Below are positions 9,326-19,434 of a DNA stretch of 61,323 bases, piece after piece (within the stretch, counting starts at the first letter, position 1; each line of letters begins with the position of its first letter). The notes below the pieces were generated by a model. It was not told where the DNA came from, did no database searches, and saw nothing but the letters and a program-made list of their open reading frames with translations. A program made the position numbers and the translations under genes. The DNA comes from Theionarchaea archaeon. GTDB taxonomy: Archaea > Methanobacteriota_B > Thermococci > Methanofastidiosales > SZ-28-30. The DNA is taken from NCBI GenBank assembly GCA_018992685.1, contig JACVGT010000037.1, positions 1-61,323 on the forward strand, written 5' to 3'.

Positions 9326-9808
9326 ATGACACAGAGTACTCCTTCACAGGAATTCTGGCAAACGTTACCTGAGCTGCCGCAAGATGTCTTTCTGGTGTGG
9401 CAGAAGCTAAACAGAGCCTTTAATCCAACAGCCATCGTCGCCACCAGAGAACCCGATGGAACCCCCCATACAGCACCATTTGGAAGTCTCCGAGCTATCA
9501 GCCCCCGGATTTTGCGATTCGCCACGTGGCGTGGTCATGAGACATATACGAATACTTGTCGTGATGATCGAGTGGGGGTCTTTCTCCTGTCTCCACCAGG
9601 TATGGCAGTCAGCGTGAAAGGTCGAGCCAGAATAGCAAGAGAGATAATGGAGGCAGACCCTAATTATGCTGTCATAGAAATTGATATTGACATGGTGAAG
9701 AACGATATGGTCCGCCGCATCGTACTCCAGAGTGCAATCACCATTCATATTCCGGATCAATACATGGGCTGGTTTGAAGCATTGCTGGGCGAATTGGACA
9801 CCATGTAG
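9326..9808 (+). CDS. Pyridoxamine 5'-phosphate oxidase-like FMN-binding split-barrel protein
   Basis: IVATREPDGTPHTAP, TYTN..RDDRV, VSVKGRARI. Start moved to ATG 9326. Confidence 0.75.
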   Translation: MTQSTPSQEFWQTLPELPQDVFLVWQKLNRAFNPTAIVATREPDGTPHTAPFGSLRAISPRILRFATWRGHETYTNTCRDDRVGVFLLSPPGMAVSVKGRARIAREIMEADPNYAVIEIDIDMVKNDMVRRIVLQSAITIHIPDQYMGWFEALLGELDTM

Positions 9809-10339
9809 AGGTAGATATAACTATTGATGATCCATCAAAGAGCCAGCAGCCAATGGTACCTGTTTGAAAACGTCACTGCGAAAGGACCTCTTAGGTCTCC
9901 TTCAGTCTGAAGATACAGTTGCAGGATCTAGGATGCATATTGTCATACAATTTTCCACATTGATGACACTCCTGATGACATTCTTACTCTCAGAAAAAGG
10001 CAGGAGCCATTCTGAGACGCACAACAAAGGTTAAGATCACATAACTGCCCGGACAGAATGCGGAGTTTTGAGAATAGGCTATAACAAAAAGTATATAAAT
10101 GTCCCTGAATAAGAAAATGTAAATGTCTCTGGGAAAAACATAGATGACACACGGGTGATCAAGCTTTTGCCGGAGTGGTATTTCATGGGAAACGCTAGCA
10201 GCCTGGAGTGGGCAATCAATTCTCCTACTATGAGAACAAGCTCTGGAACCACGAGATGGGTCAGTCCTCATTCAAATAGGGATAGGGATGCTGTATCAGT
10301 ATGGATTCTCAATAAAGATTCAGGGAAAATGGTGATTTC

Positions 10340-13300
10340 ATGACACGGTGGCACTACGTGGTCATCATTCTAATATTCGTAGTATCACCCGTAGTGCCAG
10401 GGAAGGCAAATAGTCAGAGCAAATGTGCAGCAGCTGATGAGGCATACAATGAGGGAAACTATGAGGAAGCCCTGCTGGCCTACACCGTTCTGTGGGACGT
10501 GTATGGGGAACCATGTGCAAAAGCGGGAATAACCAAGGCAGAGAAAGCACTCCAGGATAAGGCAAAGCGACTTTACGAGATAGGTAAAGCATTGGACGAT
10601 TCCGGACACGAGGAGCTTGCTGTTGAAGCATACATCAGTGCGTTGAGTAAGGACACGAAGAACATAGATTCCGTAGAAGCACTGGAACAGAAAGCCAATT
10701 CGTGGCTCAACAGACTGTCAAATATCTCATTTCAAAATATTCTTGAATTCGTGGTTCTTCTAGTGGCTCTTCTCATATTCGTGTTGAAGTGTGCCCCCTG
10801 GATTGCGAGTTCCCTCCGCTGTAAACCTCGTCTCTTTATCGATCGTTTCGACACAGGGTCGACGAAGTTGCAGCTTAACAAAGGATTAGAAATGAGAATA
10901 GAAGATGAGTTCAAAAAAAGCATGAATGTTAGCGATAAAGCACTTATGAAACTGGTGGAGGGGCCTATTACTCTGAGAGCTCCAGCAGGTTTGGGATCTA
11001 CAGCACACATTAAGATACTTTCTGATTTGATTGAGTGGGCTTTTCCTCCGAATGCGACCATACTGAGTGGATGTTTGCACGAATCAAAGAAGAACGGCGC
11101 GGGCCTGACTCTGAAATTGAAGAGCAACAAGACAGGAGAGATTATAGCTGCAGACACACTATGGCAGAATGAGTTCGACGAGGACTGGAAAGACAGAGAG
11201 AAGGACAAAGAAAAGAGAAGACAAGGAGATGTCAAAGCTGGAGATCCGTCTGACTACTATTGTCTAGCAAAACCTGCAGCAATATGGATCCTTTTCAAGC
11301 TCATAGAGTATGAAGAAGACAGAAAACTCCTAAGGTGTGGAAGAGACAATCAAGAACGAAAAGAAAAGGTAAGACAGTCAGTTCTAAGGTTGGGTACTGA
11401 AGACTGGAAGAGTTATGTTTTCTTTCAGCATGGGCGAGACCATGATTTGATCAATGATGTAGCAGAAGCCAGGAAGTGCTACGTGAAAGCGCTAGAGAGT
11501 GATCCCATGAACCGATATGCCCTGTGCAACCTTGGACTATTGACAATAGAACAGGGCGTACGGGAGGCAAACGACTACAAGTATGAAGAGGCAATAGGAT
11601 TGCTGAAAAGAGCAAAGAGACTCTCAATAGAATACGAAAAGGACTTAGATTGGTTAGAATGGATGAAAGAAGTCATGGAAAACAACAATTGTAAATGTGT
11701 CCATGTCGACAATATGTGGTTCAGAGCAGTGTTGAACCTGGCCAGTGCCTATCATTACGGGAAGAACTATAACCAAGCAACGAGAGTAGTGTCGTGCATA
11801 CTGCATTCCCTTGAGAAAACCCTCGAGGTTTCGGAAACGGTTTATGAATGGGAAGGAGGACTTTTGAACAGACTCCGGAATTGTCTTACACTGGCTCTAT
11901 TCATCATAGCAGTGAAAGTGAAGCTACCATATGTGGGCAGAGCCTACAGTGTAGGATTATTTGGTGATTGTTTGAGACCGAAGAATGATTATTTGGAGGA
12001 CATACGTAGACTCACGGACTACTTGAAGGAATTGAGGCATTATACGATGGTACTGCATGCAATATCACGAGTCAGAGCAGACGAAATCAAAGATACTGAT
12101 GAACATATAAATAAAATCATAAGTGTAATAGCTGAATCAGATGATAAGAAATCAGATGATAAGAAAGAGAAAAGAGAACCTCCCAGCCAGAAAAAAGGCG
12201 AATCTGATGAAAAAAAGCACAAAAAGAAGAAACGTGTGAGAGCAAAGAATGTAAAGGCAGAAATTAAGTATGATCTTGCGTGTTATTACTCCGTTGCCCG
12301 CGAGGAGAAAAAGGATGTGAGAAAAGATGAGTTTGAGGACGAATATGATACAGCAATAAAGTACTTGAAAGATGCCCTCCTTGAAGGAGGCATTACGCTG
12401 GAGTGGGCAAAAGTAGATCCAGACCTTAGAGGACTCCGTGAAAACAGGGAAGGGGAATTCAATAAATTAATCCATGCATATACCGTTGAAATTACTGAAA
12501 ACCAGACATCACTTTCCGAGGTCGAGAAAGAAAAAATCAGTGCACAAATAAGAAGAATCAGGACCGAAATGTTACACAAGCAGCACTCCAGCGATGAAGT
12601 GCATATCATTGTTCTCCTGTGCAATGAGAATGGAGTGGCAGTATTCAGAAAAGAAACAGGCAAATGGGAGCTCCCAGAAGGACCAGCGAAAGGGAATGAG
12701 AATCTGGACTTAGCAGTAGATCGTATTCTCTCTGAGTATGTCCTCGACAGTCACCAGGTGAAGGTTGATTCTTCCGTCCTCTTATACTGTACAGACTGCG
12801 ACAAGGGTGTCAATAGGTTCTACTGCGTTGCTATTGCACGAATGAATGAGGTGGAGGGTAAGAATTTCGGCAAGAAAGAAGAAATTCAAGTTTCATTCAT
12901 TTCCAGACATGATGTGACAGAGAGAAAAGTGGAAGACACGTGTCAAAGATGCTTACTGGAGAAATACCTCGATAGCCCCAATACCCTGAAGACGGAGGCG
13001 AAATCCCTTGGTCCTTCGGATACGAAGCGGGATCGATCGGAAAATGCTGGAGAACCCCACGAAGAAGATGTTCGGGTTCCAGCCCCCCTGATTAAGGTGA
13101 AAGGTGTTCTTCTGGCATTCTGTGAAAGAAATATGGGTGAAAGGAAATTCAGGGGAATAGTACTGGTGAGAAAGAGAAACTCTACAAGTAGTGGAGGTGG
13201 AGAGTGGATTCTTCCTGCAGCCTTTGTGAAACGAGGTGAGACGGCGTCGAAGGCACTGAGTCGTCACATTTTGGATACGTATCATATCACTCTCCAGCAG

Positions 13301-13594
13301 GATAATATCCTCTCTGCACTCAAGATCAGAACTGATCCTGGAAGAGATTCAGACTTCTACGTGTGGACACAGCCTTTTGCGTGTTTTTTCATGGAGGACC
13401 ATTGGAACACATGGTGTGAAACCGAAGAGATGCGAATTTTTTCCCTCAATAGATTGCCATGGGATGATATGTCACTTGACTGCCAGCACATCCTGAGAGA
13501 GTGCATGCCCCGTGTTCTTGCTTTTGTTGAAGACTCCGGAGTATACTCTGAAAACAAGACAAGAAAACCACAAAGAGAGACTCAAGACAAGTGA
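10340..13594 (+). CDS. Signal-peptide, single-TM, TPR-repeat protein with two C-terminal Nudix-like domains
   Basis: Hydrophobic N-terminus; TPRs (YNEGNYEEALLAY, ARKCYVKALESDP..YALCNLG, YDLACYYS); TM around aa 133-152; WELPEG and WILPAAFV..GET Nudix-like boxes. Confidence 0.75.
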   Translation: MTRWHYVVIILIFVVSPVVPGKANSQSKCAAADEAYNEGNYEEALLAYTVLWDVYGEPCAKAGITKAEKALQDKAKRLYEIGKALDDSGHEELAVEAYISALSKDTKNIDSVEALEQKANSWLNRLSNISFQNILEFVVLLVALLIFVLKCAPWIASSLRCKPRLFIDRFDTGSTKLQLNKGLEMRIEDEFKKSMNVSDKALMKLVEGPITLRAPAGLGSTAHIKILSDLIEWAFPPNATILSGCLHESKKNGAGLTLKLKSNKTGEIIAADTLWQNEFDEDWKDREKDKEKRRQGDVKAGDPSDYYCLAKPAAIWILFKLIEYEEDRKLLRCGRDNQERKEKVRQSVLRLGTEDWKSYVFFQHGRDHDLINDVAEARKCYVKALESDPMNRYALCNLGLLTIEQGVREANDYKYEEAIGLLKRAKRLSIEYEKDLDWLEWMKEVMENNNCKCVHVDNMWFRAVLNLASAYHYGKNYNQATRVVSCILHSLEKTLEVSETVYEWEGGLLNRLRNCLTLALFIIAVKVKLPYVGRAYSVGLFGDCLRPKNDYLEDIRRLTDYLKELRHYTMVLHAISRVRADEIKDTDEHINKIISVIAESDDKKSDDKKEKREPPSQKKGESDEKKHKKKKRVRAKNVKAEIKYDLACYYSVAREEKKDVRKDEFEDEYDTAIKYLKDALLEGGITLEWAKVDPDLRGLRENREGEFNKLIHAYTVEITENQTSLSEVEKEKISAQIRRIRTEMLHKQHSSDEVHIIVLLCNENGVAVFRKETGKWELPEGPAKGNENLDLAVDRILSEYVLDSHQVKVDSSVLLYCTDCDKGVNRFYCVAIARMNEVEGKNFGKKEEIQVSFISRHDVTERKVEDTCQRCLLEKYLDSPNTLKTEAKSLGPSDTKRDRSENAGEPHEEDVRVPAPLIKVKGVLLAFCERNMGERKFRGIVLVRKRNSTSSGGGEWILPAAFVKRGETASKALSRHILDTYHITLQQDNILSALKIRTDPGRDSDFYVWTQPFACFFMEDHWNTWCETEEMRIFSLNRLPWDDMSLDCQHILRECMPRVLAFVEDSGVYSENKTRKPQRETQDK

Positions 13595-13667
13595 ACGTGC
13601 AATCCCGGTCTACCCTGAACGAACATATTTGGCATAATTCTTTTATCCCTATAGTGAAAACCTAATC

Positions 13668-14975
13668 ATGATTCATCCCATAGAATACCGATATGGTTCA
13701 CCCGAAATGAAGCAGATTTTTGAAGAAGGGCAAAAACTCCAGTACTACCTGGATGCGGAAGCCGCTCTTGCCGAAGCGCATGCCCGACTGGGTCATATTC
13801 CTGAAAAAGAGGCCCAGAAGATCAGGAATGCTGCCACCATTGAGAAGGTGTCCCTTGAAAGGGTTAAAGAAATCGAGGTCAGAACCAAACATGACATGAT
13901 GGCAGTGGCTGAAGCTCTGTCAGAAGCCTCTGAATCCGGGTATGTGCATATGGGAGCTACATCAAATGATATTGTAGATTGTTCAAATGCTATTCAATTG
14001 AGGAAAGCTACCCAGCTTGTTCTCAGGAACGTAAAGGAGTTGAAGAGAATCTTGGCTGACCTGGCAGGAACTTACAAGACCCTGGTATGCGTGGGGAGAA
14101 CTCACGGGCAACACTCCGTACCCACTACCTATGGAATGAAGTTCGCCCTGTATCTGGACGAAATGAGACGTAACAACCGGAGAATCACGTCAGCCTATAA
14201 CCATGTGTACGGCAAGATGTCAGGAGCAGTAGGTACCATGGCGTCCTTCACTGATGGACCAAAGATTCAGGATATCGTGGGTGAAATTCTGGGAATACCG
14301 ATGGCTCCCATCTCCAGCCAAATTGTCCAGAGAGATACCTATGCTGAACTGCTGTGCTCTCTGGCTATTCTAGCCTCTACCCTGGACAAAATTGCCACAG
14401 AAGTGAGAAACTTGCAGAGAACGGAAATTAATGAAGTGTCAGAAGGGTTCTCCAAGGGGCAGGTGGGTTCATCAACTATGCCCCATAAGAAAAATCCCGT
14501 AACCTGTGAGAAGACGTCAGGACTGGCCAGGGTTATCTATTCCAATGTCCTTCCCGCTCTCCAGAATAATGTTCTGTGGCATGAACGGGATATCACCAAC
14601 TCATCATGTGAGCGGGTGATTCTTCCTGAAACTTTTGTCCTGATTGATGAGATGCTGATCGGAATGAAGAATGTTTTGGAGAATCTGGTATTTCATCCTG
14701 AAAATATTGAGAGAAACCTGTATTTGCAGCGTCAGAGCCTGGCAGAATCAGTGATGATTGCTCTGACGGAGAGGGGAATGCCCAGGCAGGAAGCACACGC
14801 TGTCCTCAGAGGAATATCCATGCAGGAGAACTTCGTGGAGGCAGTAAAGCGAGATTCCCAGATCCGTGAGATCCTTTCAGAAGAGGAGATTGAGGATTTG
14901 CTAACCCCTGAAACCTACATAGGAGATTCAGTGGCCATTGTAACCCGGGTTCTTCAGCAAAAAGATGAGTTCTAA
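13668..14975 (+). CDS. purB: Adenylosuccinate lyase
   Basis: HMGATSND, GRTHGQH, GSSTMPHKKNP signature. Confidence 0.97.
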   Translation: MIHPIEYRYGSPEMKQIFEEGQKLQYYLDAEAALAEAHARLGHIPEKEAQKIRNAATIEKVSLERVKEIEVRTKHDMMAVAEALSEASESGYVHMGATSNDIVDCSNAIQLRKATQLVLRNVKELKRILADLAGTYKTLVCVGRTHGQHSVPTTYGMKFALYLDEMRRNNRRITSAYNHVYGKMSGAVGTMASFTDGPKIQDIVGEILGIPMAPISSQIVQRDTYAELLCSLAILASTLDKIATEVRNLQRTEINEVSEGFSKGQVGSSTMPHKKNPVTCEKTSGLARVIYSNVLPALQNNVLWHERDITNSSCERVILPETFVLIDEMLIGMKNVLENLVFHPENIERNLYLQRQSLAESVMIALTERGMPRQEAHAVLRGISMQENFVEAVKRDSQIREILSEEEIEDLLTPETYIGDSVAIVTRVLQQKDEF

Positions 14976-15098
14976 CCCAAAGTAATCTGAGAAGGGCTGC
15001 CTATAAGAAGAAGCCGTCACTTTTTTATAACTGCGCTCTATTGCAACTCCATCTATGATCAAAAGTTTGGACCTGTAGATATGAAAAGAGGTGATTAA

Positions 15099-15239
15099 AT
15101 GGCAATTGACCCTGTATGTGACATGAAGGTTGACGAAAAGACGGCAAAATGGAAAACAGATTACAAAGGGAAAACCTATTACTTCTGCGCACCTGGATGC
15201 AAGAAAGCTTTCGAAGCTGAGCCAGAGAAGTACCTTTGA
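15099..15239 (+). CDS. YHS domain protein, 46 aa (below ORF-track cutoff)
   Basis: MAIDPVCDMKVDEKTAKWKTDYKGKTYYFCAPGCKKAFEAEPEKYL; SD GAGGTGA upstream. Confidence 0.92.
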   Translation: MAIDPVCDMKVDEKTAKWKTDYKGKTYYFCAPGCKKAFEAEPEKYL

Positions 15240-15639
15240 GACGATTTGACGCAGCCATTTTTGACTTTGAGTTCTTGACAGTGGGGACTCTACAGAGAGA
15301 ATTCAATTGTGGGATCACAGGTATTCCTACAAGAAGCAATGAAGAGTCGCAGCTATCCACCGAACTTCGAATTCTAATGGCACGATTTACGGTGGATAAT
15401 TCCGGATCACTGCGAGTGTGGAGTTCTCGCTGTGAATTTCCTTGCACGGTATTGCAGTGCGTTTCTTTGAGTGTAACCCACGTATCGATGTGCCTTCTTT
15501 CTCGGTAACAAGTCACAGGGAGAACAGATGAGCAGACGAAAGCATGGTTGACATCCTTCTGATGCGCTGTAACCGTGATAGAGTGTTGCCGGGCCAAAAG
15601 AGCAATATCAACATCCGGTACATATGCCGATAGCTATTT

Positions 15640-16080
15640 ATGCGTGTGTGGTCTCTTTTTACTGGTGATCTCACGCGGGTCTATGATATCATAAAGATCG
15701 AGGAAAATGGCATCATAAAGCTCCCAGACGATATTGCGACAGAAATTGGCATCGTGAAAGGTGCATACCTCCTGGTAGAGGCTGATGAACGCTCAAAAGA
15801 GTTATCTTTCGAGAGGATAGCTGTTCCTGGCAAGAATCTGGCAGAAATCACCCTTGTCCTGCAGGACAAGCCAGGTGCCCTTGCTGACGTAGCTCTAGAG
15901 CTGGGAAATGCCGATATCAATATTCTATTTAATGAATCAGATGAGATTCGATTCAGCAACTTGTCAGCGTTGCTGGCAATTGTAGATATGTCCAAGTCCC
16001 GCATTTCGGCGGAAGAGCTCAAGACTCACTTCGAAAAGATGAAAGTAGTAAAACAGGTGGAAATCAGACAAATAGGGTGA
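15640..16080 (+). CDS. AbrB-like N-terminal domain + ACT domain regulator (true start possibly ACG at 15673)
   Basis: IKIEENGIIKLPDDIATEIGIVKG (AbrB-like); LQDKPGALADVA...ADINIL (ACT). Confidence 0.82.
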   Translation: MRVWSLFTGDLTRVYDIIKIEENGIIKLPDDIATEIGIVKGAYLLVEADERSKELSFERIAVPGKNLAEITLVLQDKPGALADVALELGNADINILFNESDEIRFSNLSALLAIVDMSKSRISAEELKTHFEKMKVVKQVEIRQIG

Positions 16081-16090
16081 TCAATGGCAG

Positions 16091-17638
16091 CTATAGGGTA
16101 GTCCAGAATAAGAATGATAGAATCGTCACCACCATGAACGCCACATAATAGTTGATGTCCCTTGCACAAAGGACGTCGAGGGCGATTCCGATTTTTCGTA
16201 CTGATCTTCCTGCCTGACTGTAGAACTTGTCAACAGTCAATTCAATTTCGGGTATTCTGAAGAGTATTTTCATCTTCCAGGCGACTCCATAGATTGCCAG
16301 CCCTGTACCGATCATCAGCAAGCATTCTATCACGGCAGAACCCGTCCACACGTTGTATCCTCCCAGGCCCTGGAAGACTCCTAACCCCAGGCACAGCCCA
16401 GAAAGCACCACCAGTGGGATCTTCATGAACCCAGGAACGGGCTGTGAAGACCTCTTGACATCGCCCAGAAACGTGTGCCTGAACAACTTAGTGAAAGAGG
16501 CTACTGTTCCCGCACATGTCAGAAAGAGAACGCCTTTCATCCATCCAGAAGGGACTGCATGAAAGAGCAGTGTCTTGCTCACGAATCCATTGAATGGAAA
16601 TACCCCTGATATTGACAGGCATCCAACCAAGCAGGCAGTTCCCACCAGAGGCATCTGGGACAAAAGTCCTCCCAGCTCCTGCACGTTTCGCTCCCCCGTG
16701 GCAAAGATAACGCAGCCAACACTGAGAAACAGCAATCCCTTGAACACGCCATGGTTAATCATATGGAGTATTGCCCCAGTGTACCCAAGCTCACTTTCCA
16801 GTCCAATCCCCAGCAGAATGATTCCCACCTGACTGACTGTGTGATATGCAAGAATCTTCTTGATGTCCTTCTGGACCAGCGCCAGTATAACACCTCCCAT
16901 CATGGACAGCAGCGCAAAGGGCACGAGTGCAGAATTATCCAGAGAGAACACGGGGGCAAATCGAATTACCGCGTACACGCCCAATTTCACCATGGCACCG
17001 GAAAGAACTGCAGACACCGGTGTAGGGGCTTGAGGATGTGCATCTGCTACCCACACGTGGAAGGGAATTGAACCCATTTTCACCAGGCATCCTGTCACAA
17101 ATAATATGGGTGCATGAGGTGGTCCCTTCACGACAATGGCCAGTAATATGAGTACTGCACCCCCCACATTCATCAAAACGTACTTGAACCCTGCATTCAG
17201 AGAGGGAGGAGTTCCCCTGTGAATTATGAGAAAGTAGGTGATAATAGTTGACATTTCCAGAAATGCATAGAAGAATAAAACGCTCTCAGAGAATATCGCC
17301 AGTAAAACCACTGCCAGGTCCAGGAGGAGTAGACTGTAGAATCTTCCAATATCCATGTATCCTGAATACAGAAACGCCAGGGTGAAGAGCAGGGAAACCA
17401 CTAAGCTGAATGCAACACTGAGAGTATCCACACGGAGTGAAAGCTCCACTGGGTTCATCCACAAGGCAATCCGGTACACCTCGGGAACCGTTCCCGTGTC
17501 TGCATAGGTGAGAACGCCCGCCAGGGAGAGAACTGCACAGACCAGTGAAAGGTACCTTCTTTTCCGCCCTTTTACAATCCCCGCCATCACTGCTCCTGCC
17601 ACGAGAACTGCCACAATGCCTAGGATAACCATAACCAT
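16091..17638 (-). CDS. Mrp/Mnh antiporter MrpA/D-like proton-translocating subunit
   Basis: KMGSIPFHVWVADAHPQAPTPVSAVLSG, LAYHTVSQ, HGVFKGLLFL. Confidence 0.88.
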   Translation of the reverse strand: MVMVILGIVAVLVAGAVMAGIVKGRKRRYLSLVCAVLSLAGVLTYADTGTVPEVYRIALWMNPVELSLRVDTLSVAFSLVVSLLFTLAFLYSGYMDIGRFYSLLLLDLAVVLLAIFSESVLFFYAFLEMSTIITYFLIIHRGTPPSLNAGFKYVLMNVGGAVLILLAIVVKGPPHAPILFVTGCLVKMGSIPFHVWVADAHPQAPTPVSAVLSGAMVKLGVYAVIRFAPVFSLDNSALVPFALLSMMGGVILALVQKDIKKILAYHTVSQVGIILLGIGLESELGYTGAILHMINHGVFKGLLFLSVGCVIFATGERNVQELGGLLSQMPLVGTACLVGCLSISGVFPFNGFVSKTLLFHAVPSGWMKGVLFLTCAGTVASFTKLFRHTFLGDVKRSSQPVPGFMKIPLVVLSGLCLGLGVFQGLGGYNVWTGSAVIECLLMIGTGLAIYGVAWKMKILFRIPEIELTVDKFYSQAGRSVRKIGIALDVLCARDINYYVAFMVVTILSFLFWTTL

Positions 17639-19102
17639 TCAGCCACCCCCAACTAAAATCGCCAGCTCAGCCACTGACAATCCCAGCAGAGGGAATACCC
17701 CCAGAAAGACACACACAGCAGTCAGGAAATATACGGGAAAGCTCATGGTCCACGGTACAGGTGGGTTGTACGTTCTCTTCCACTTCCGTGGAGTGAGGAC
17801 AGACTGGACAACCCTGAAGTAGTACCCGCAGGACAGGACACTGGCCAGAACGATAACGCCTGCAACACTGGTGTAGTGGGCCTCAACAGCCCCATACAAG
17901 ATCACCAGTTTACTGGAGAATCCGTTCAGAGGAGGAACCCCCACTATCCCCAACGACAAGATCACAAAACAGAGGGCCATCCCTGGCGACACTCCAGAGA
18001 TCCGCGATATCTCCCTGGACCTGCTCTGGTGAATGATCACACCTGCACACAGGAACAATCCACTCTTCATGAGAGCATGATTCACCACATGGAACAGGGC
18101 TCCCTGGACAGCCAGGTCTGTCCCAATTCCCAGTCCTGTCATAATCAGCCCTACCTGACTGATGGATGAGTATGCCAGCATCCGCTTCAAATCCTTCTGT
18201 ACCAGAGCCAGCACACTCCCCACTACCACTGTTACAACTCCTACTATCATGAGGACACTATCTGAGGCCAGAAATGAATCACCAAACAGGAAAGAAAGTC
18301 TCAGTAACCCATAGATACTGATCTTCAGCACAATACCCGATAGTAACGCGGAAACAGGAGAGGGAGCCATGGAATGTGCATCTGGCAGCCAGAAATGCAG
18401 TGGGACGAGCCCTGATTTCACTCCCATAGAACCTAGAATCAAGGAGAATATGATGTAAACGGGAAAGGGATCTTCTTCCATTATGGCAGGCATCACCTGT
18501 GCAATGTGGTCCATATTCAGGGACCCCGTTATCGCATAGGTAATGCCCACAGCAAACAAGAAGAAGGCAGAAGACACACTCCCCAGGATCAGGTACTTGA
18601 GACTTGCCCTGTAGTTCTCCTTTTTTTCACCAGTGGTAATGAGAATGTAGACAGAAATTGACAGAATCTCAAAGAACACATACATGTTGAATATATCTCT
18701 GGTCAGCAGCACTCCCATGATGCCTGCAACCATGAGAAAGTAGAATGCATCATACTTCCCCAACCCTCGAATGTGCTCCATGTATGAGAATGAATAGACC
18801 ATACCAAGAAAACTGACTACAACAGAGACTGCAGCCACCATAAAGGAGAGAGCATCCAATCGCAAGGCGATTCCCATGAAAGGAGTCCATCCCCCCAGTG
18901 TGTAGGTGACGACCTCTCCAGAAAGTACCCGGGGAGCCAAGAGGAGAAGTTGTATCACCAGCGCAGTCAGAGCTAAAACTGAGAAGGTGTTCCGAATTCG
19001 CATCATCACAGTATGGGGTACTCTGTGAGAGACCGCTGTCAGTGAAAGCAGAAAGGCGCTGATCAAGGGAGTAATCACCATTCCCACCAGAAGTTCACTC
19101 AT
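17639..19102 (-). CDS. mrpD: Na+/H+ antiporter subunit D
   Basis: DIFNMYVFFEI, KSGLVPLHFWLPDAHSMAPSPVSALLSG, PPLNGFSSK. Confidence 0.92.
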   Translation of the reverse strand: MSELLVGMVITPLISAFLLSLTAVSHRVPHTVMMRIRNTFSVLALTALVIQLLLLAPRVLSGEVVTYTLGGWTPFMGIALRLDALSFMVAAVSVVVSFLGMVYSFSYMEHIRGLGKYDAFYFLMVAGIMGVLLTRDIFNMYVFFEILSISVYILITTGEKKENYRASLKYLILGSVSSAFFLFAVGITYAITGSLNMDHIAQVMPAIMEEDPFPVYIIFSLILGSMGVKSGLVPLHFWLPDAHSMAPSPVSALLSGIVLKISIYGLLRLSFLFGDSFLASDSVLMIVGVVTVVVGSVLALVQKDLKRMLAYSSISQVGLIMTGLGIGTDLAVQGALFHVVNHALMKSGLFLCAGVIIHQSRSREISRISGVSPGMALCFVILSLGIVGVPPLNGFSSKLVILYGAVEAHYTSVAGVIVLASVLSCGYYFRVVQSVLTPRKWKRTYNPPVPWTMSFPVYFLTAVCVFLGVFPLLGLSVAELAILVGGG

Positions 19103-19434
19103 GTGCGGACCTCCTCTATATCAAGGGTTTTGTATTGCTCATACACTCTTATGGCCAGGGCCAGGGCAAGAGATGTCACACTCAATTCCACAACCACCGT
19201 GGTGAGCATGAGGGTTTGAGGAAGAGGATCAACATAGACGGAGTACCCTCCCAGAATAGGTGCTGTTCCCCCTTCTGTATATCCGAGGCCGACAAAAAAG
19301 AGGATCAACCCCAGGAACATGATATCAAGACACAGGACGATCTTTATCAAATTCCTTTGAGTCATACACCCAAAAACCCCGATCAGGAACAGGACGATGC
19401 CGATGGTAATGCCGTTGACAAGGTGGAGACTCAT
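19099..19434 (-). CDS. mrpC: Na+/H+ antiporter subunit C
   Basis: NLIKIV, DPLPQTLMLTTVVV. Confidence 0.9.
   Translation of the reverse strand: MSLHLVNGITIGIVLFLIGVFGCMTQRNLIKIVLCLDIMFLGLILFFVGLGYTEGGTAPILGGYSVYVDPLPQTLMLTTVVVELSVTSLALALAIRVYEQYKTLDIEEVRT

Noticed and set aside
9961-10015. TGATGA...CTGA spaced like a box C/D sRNA
   Set aside because: No properly placed D'/C' pair, and I could not match the guide to rRNA or tRNA.
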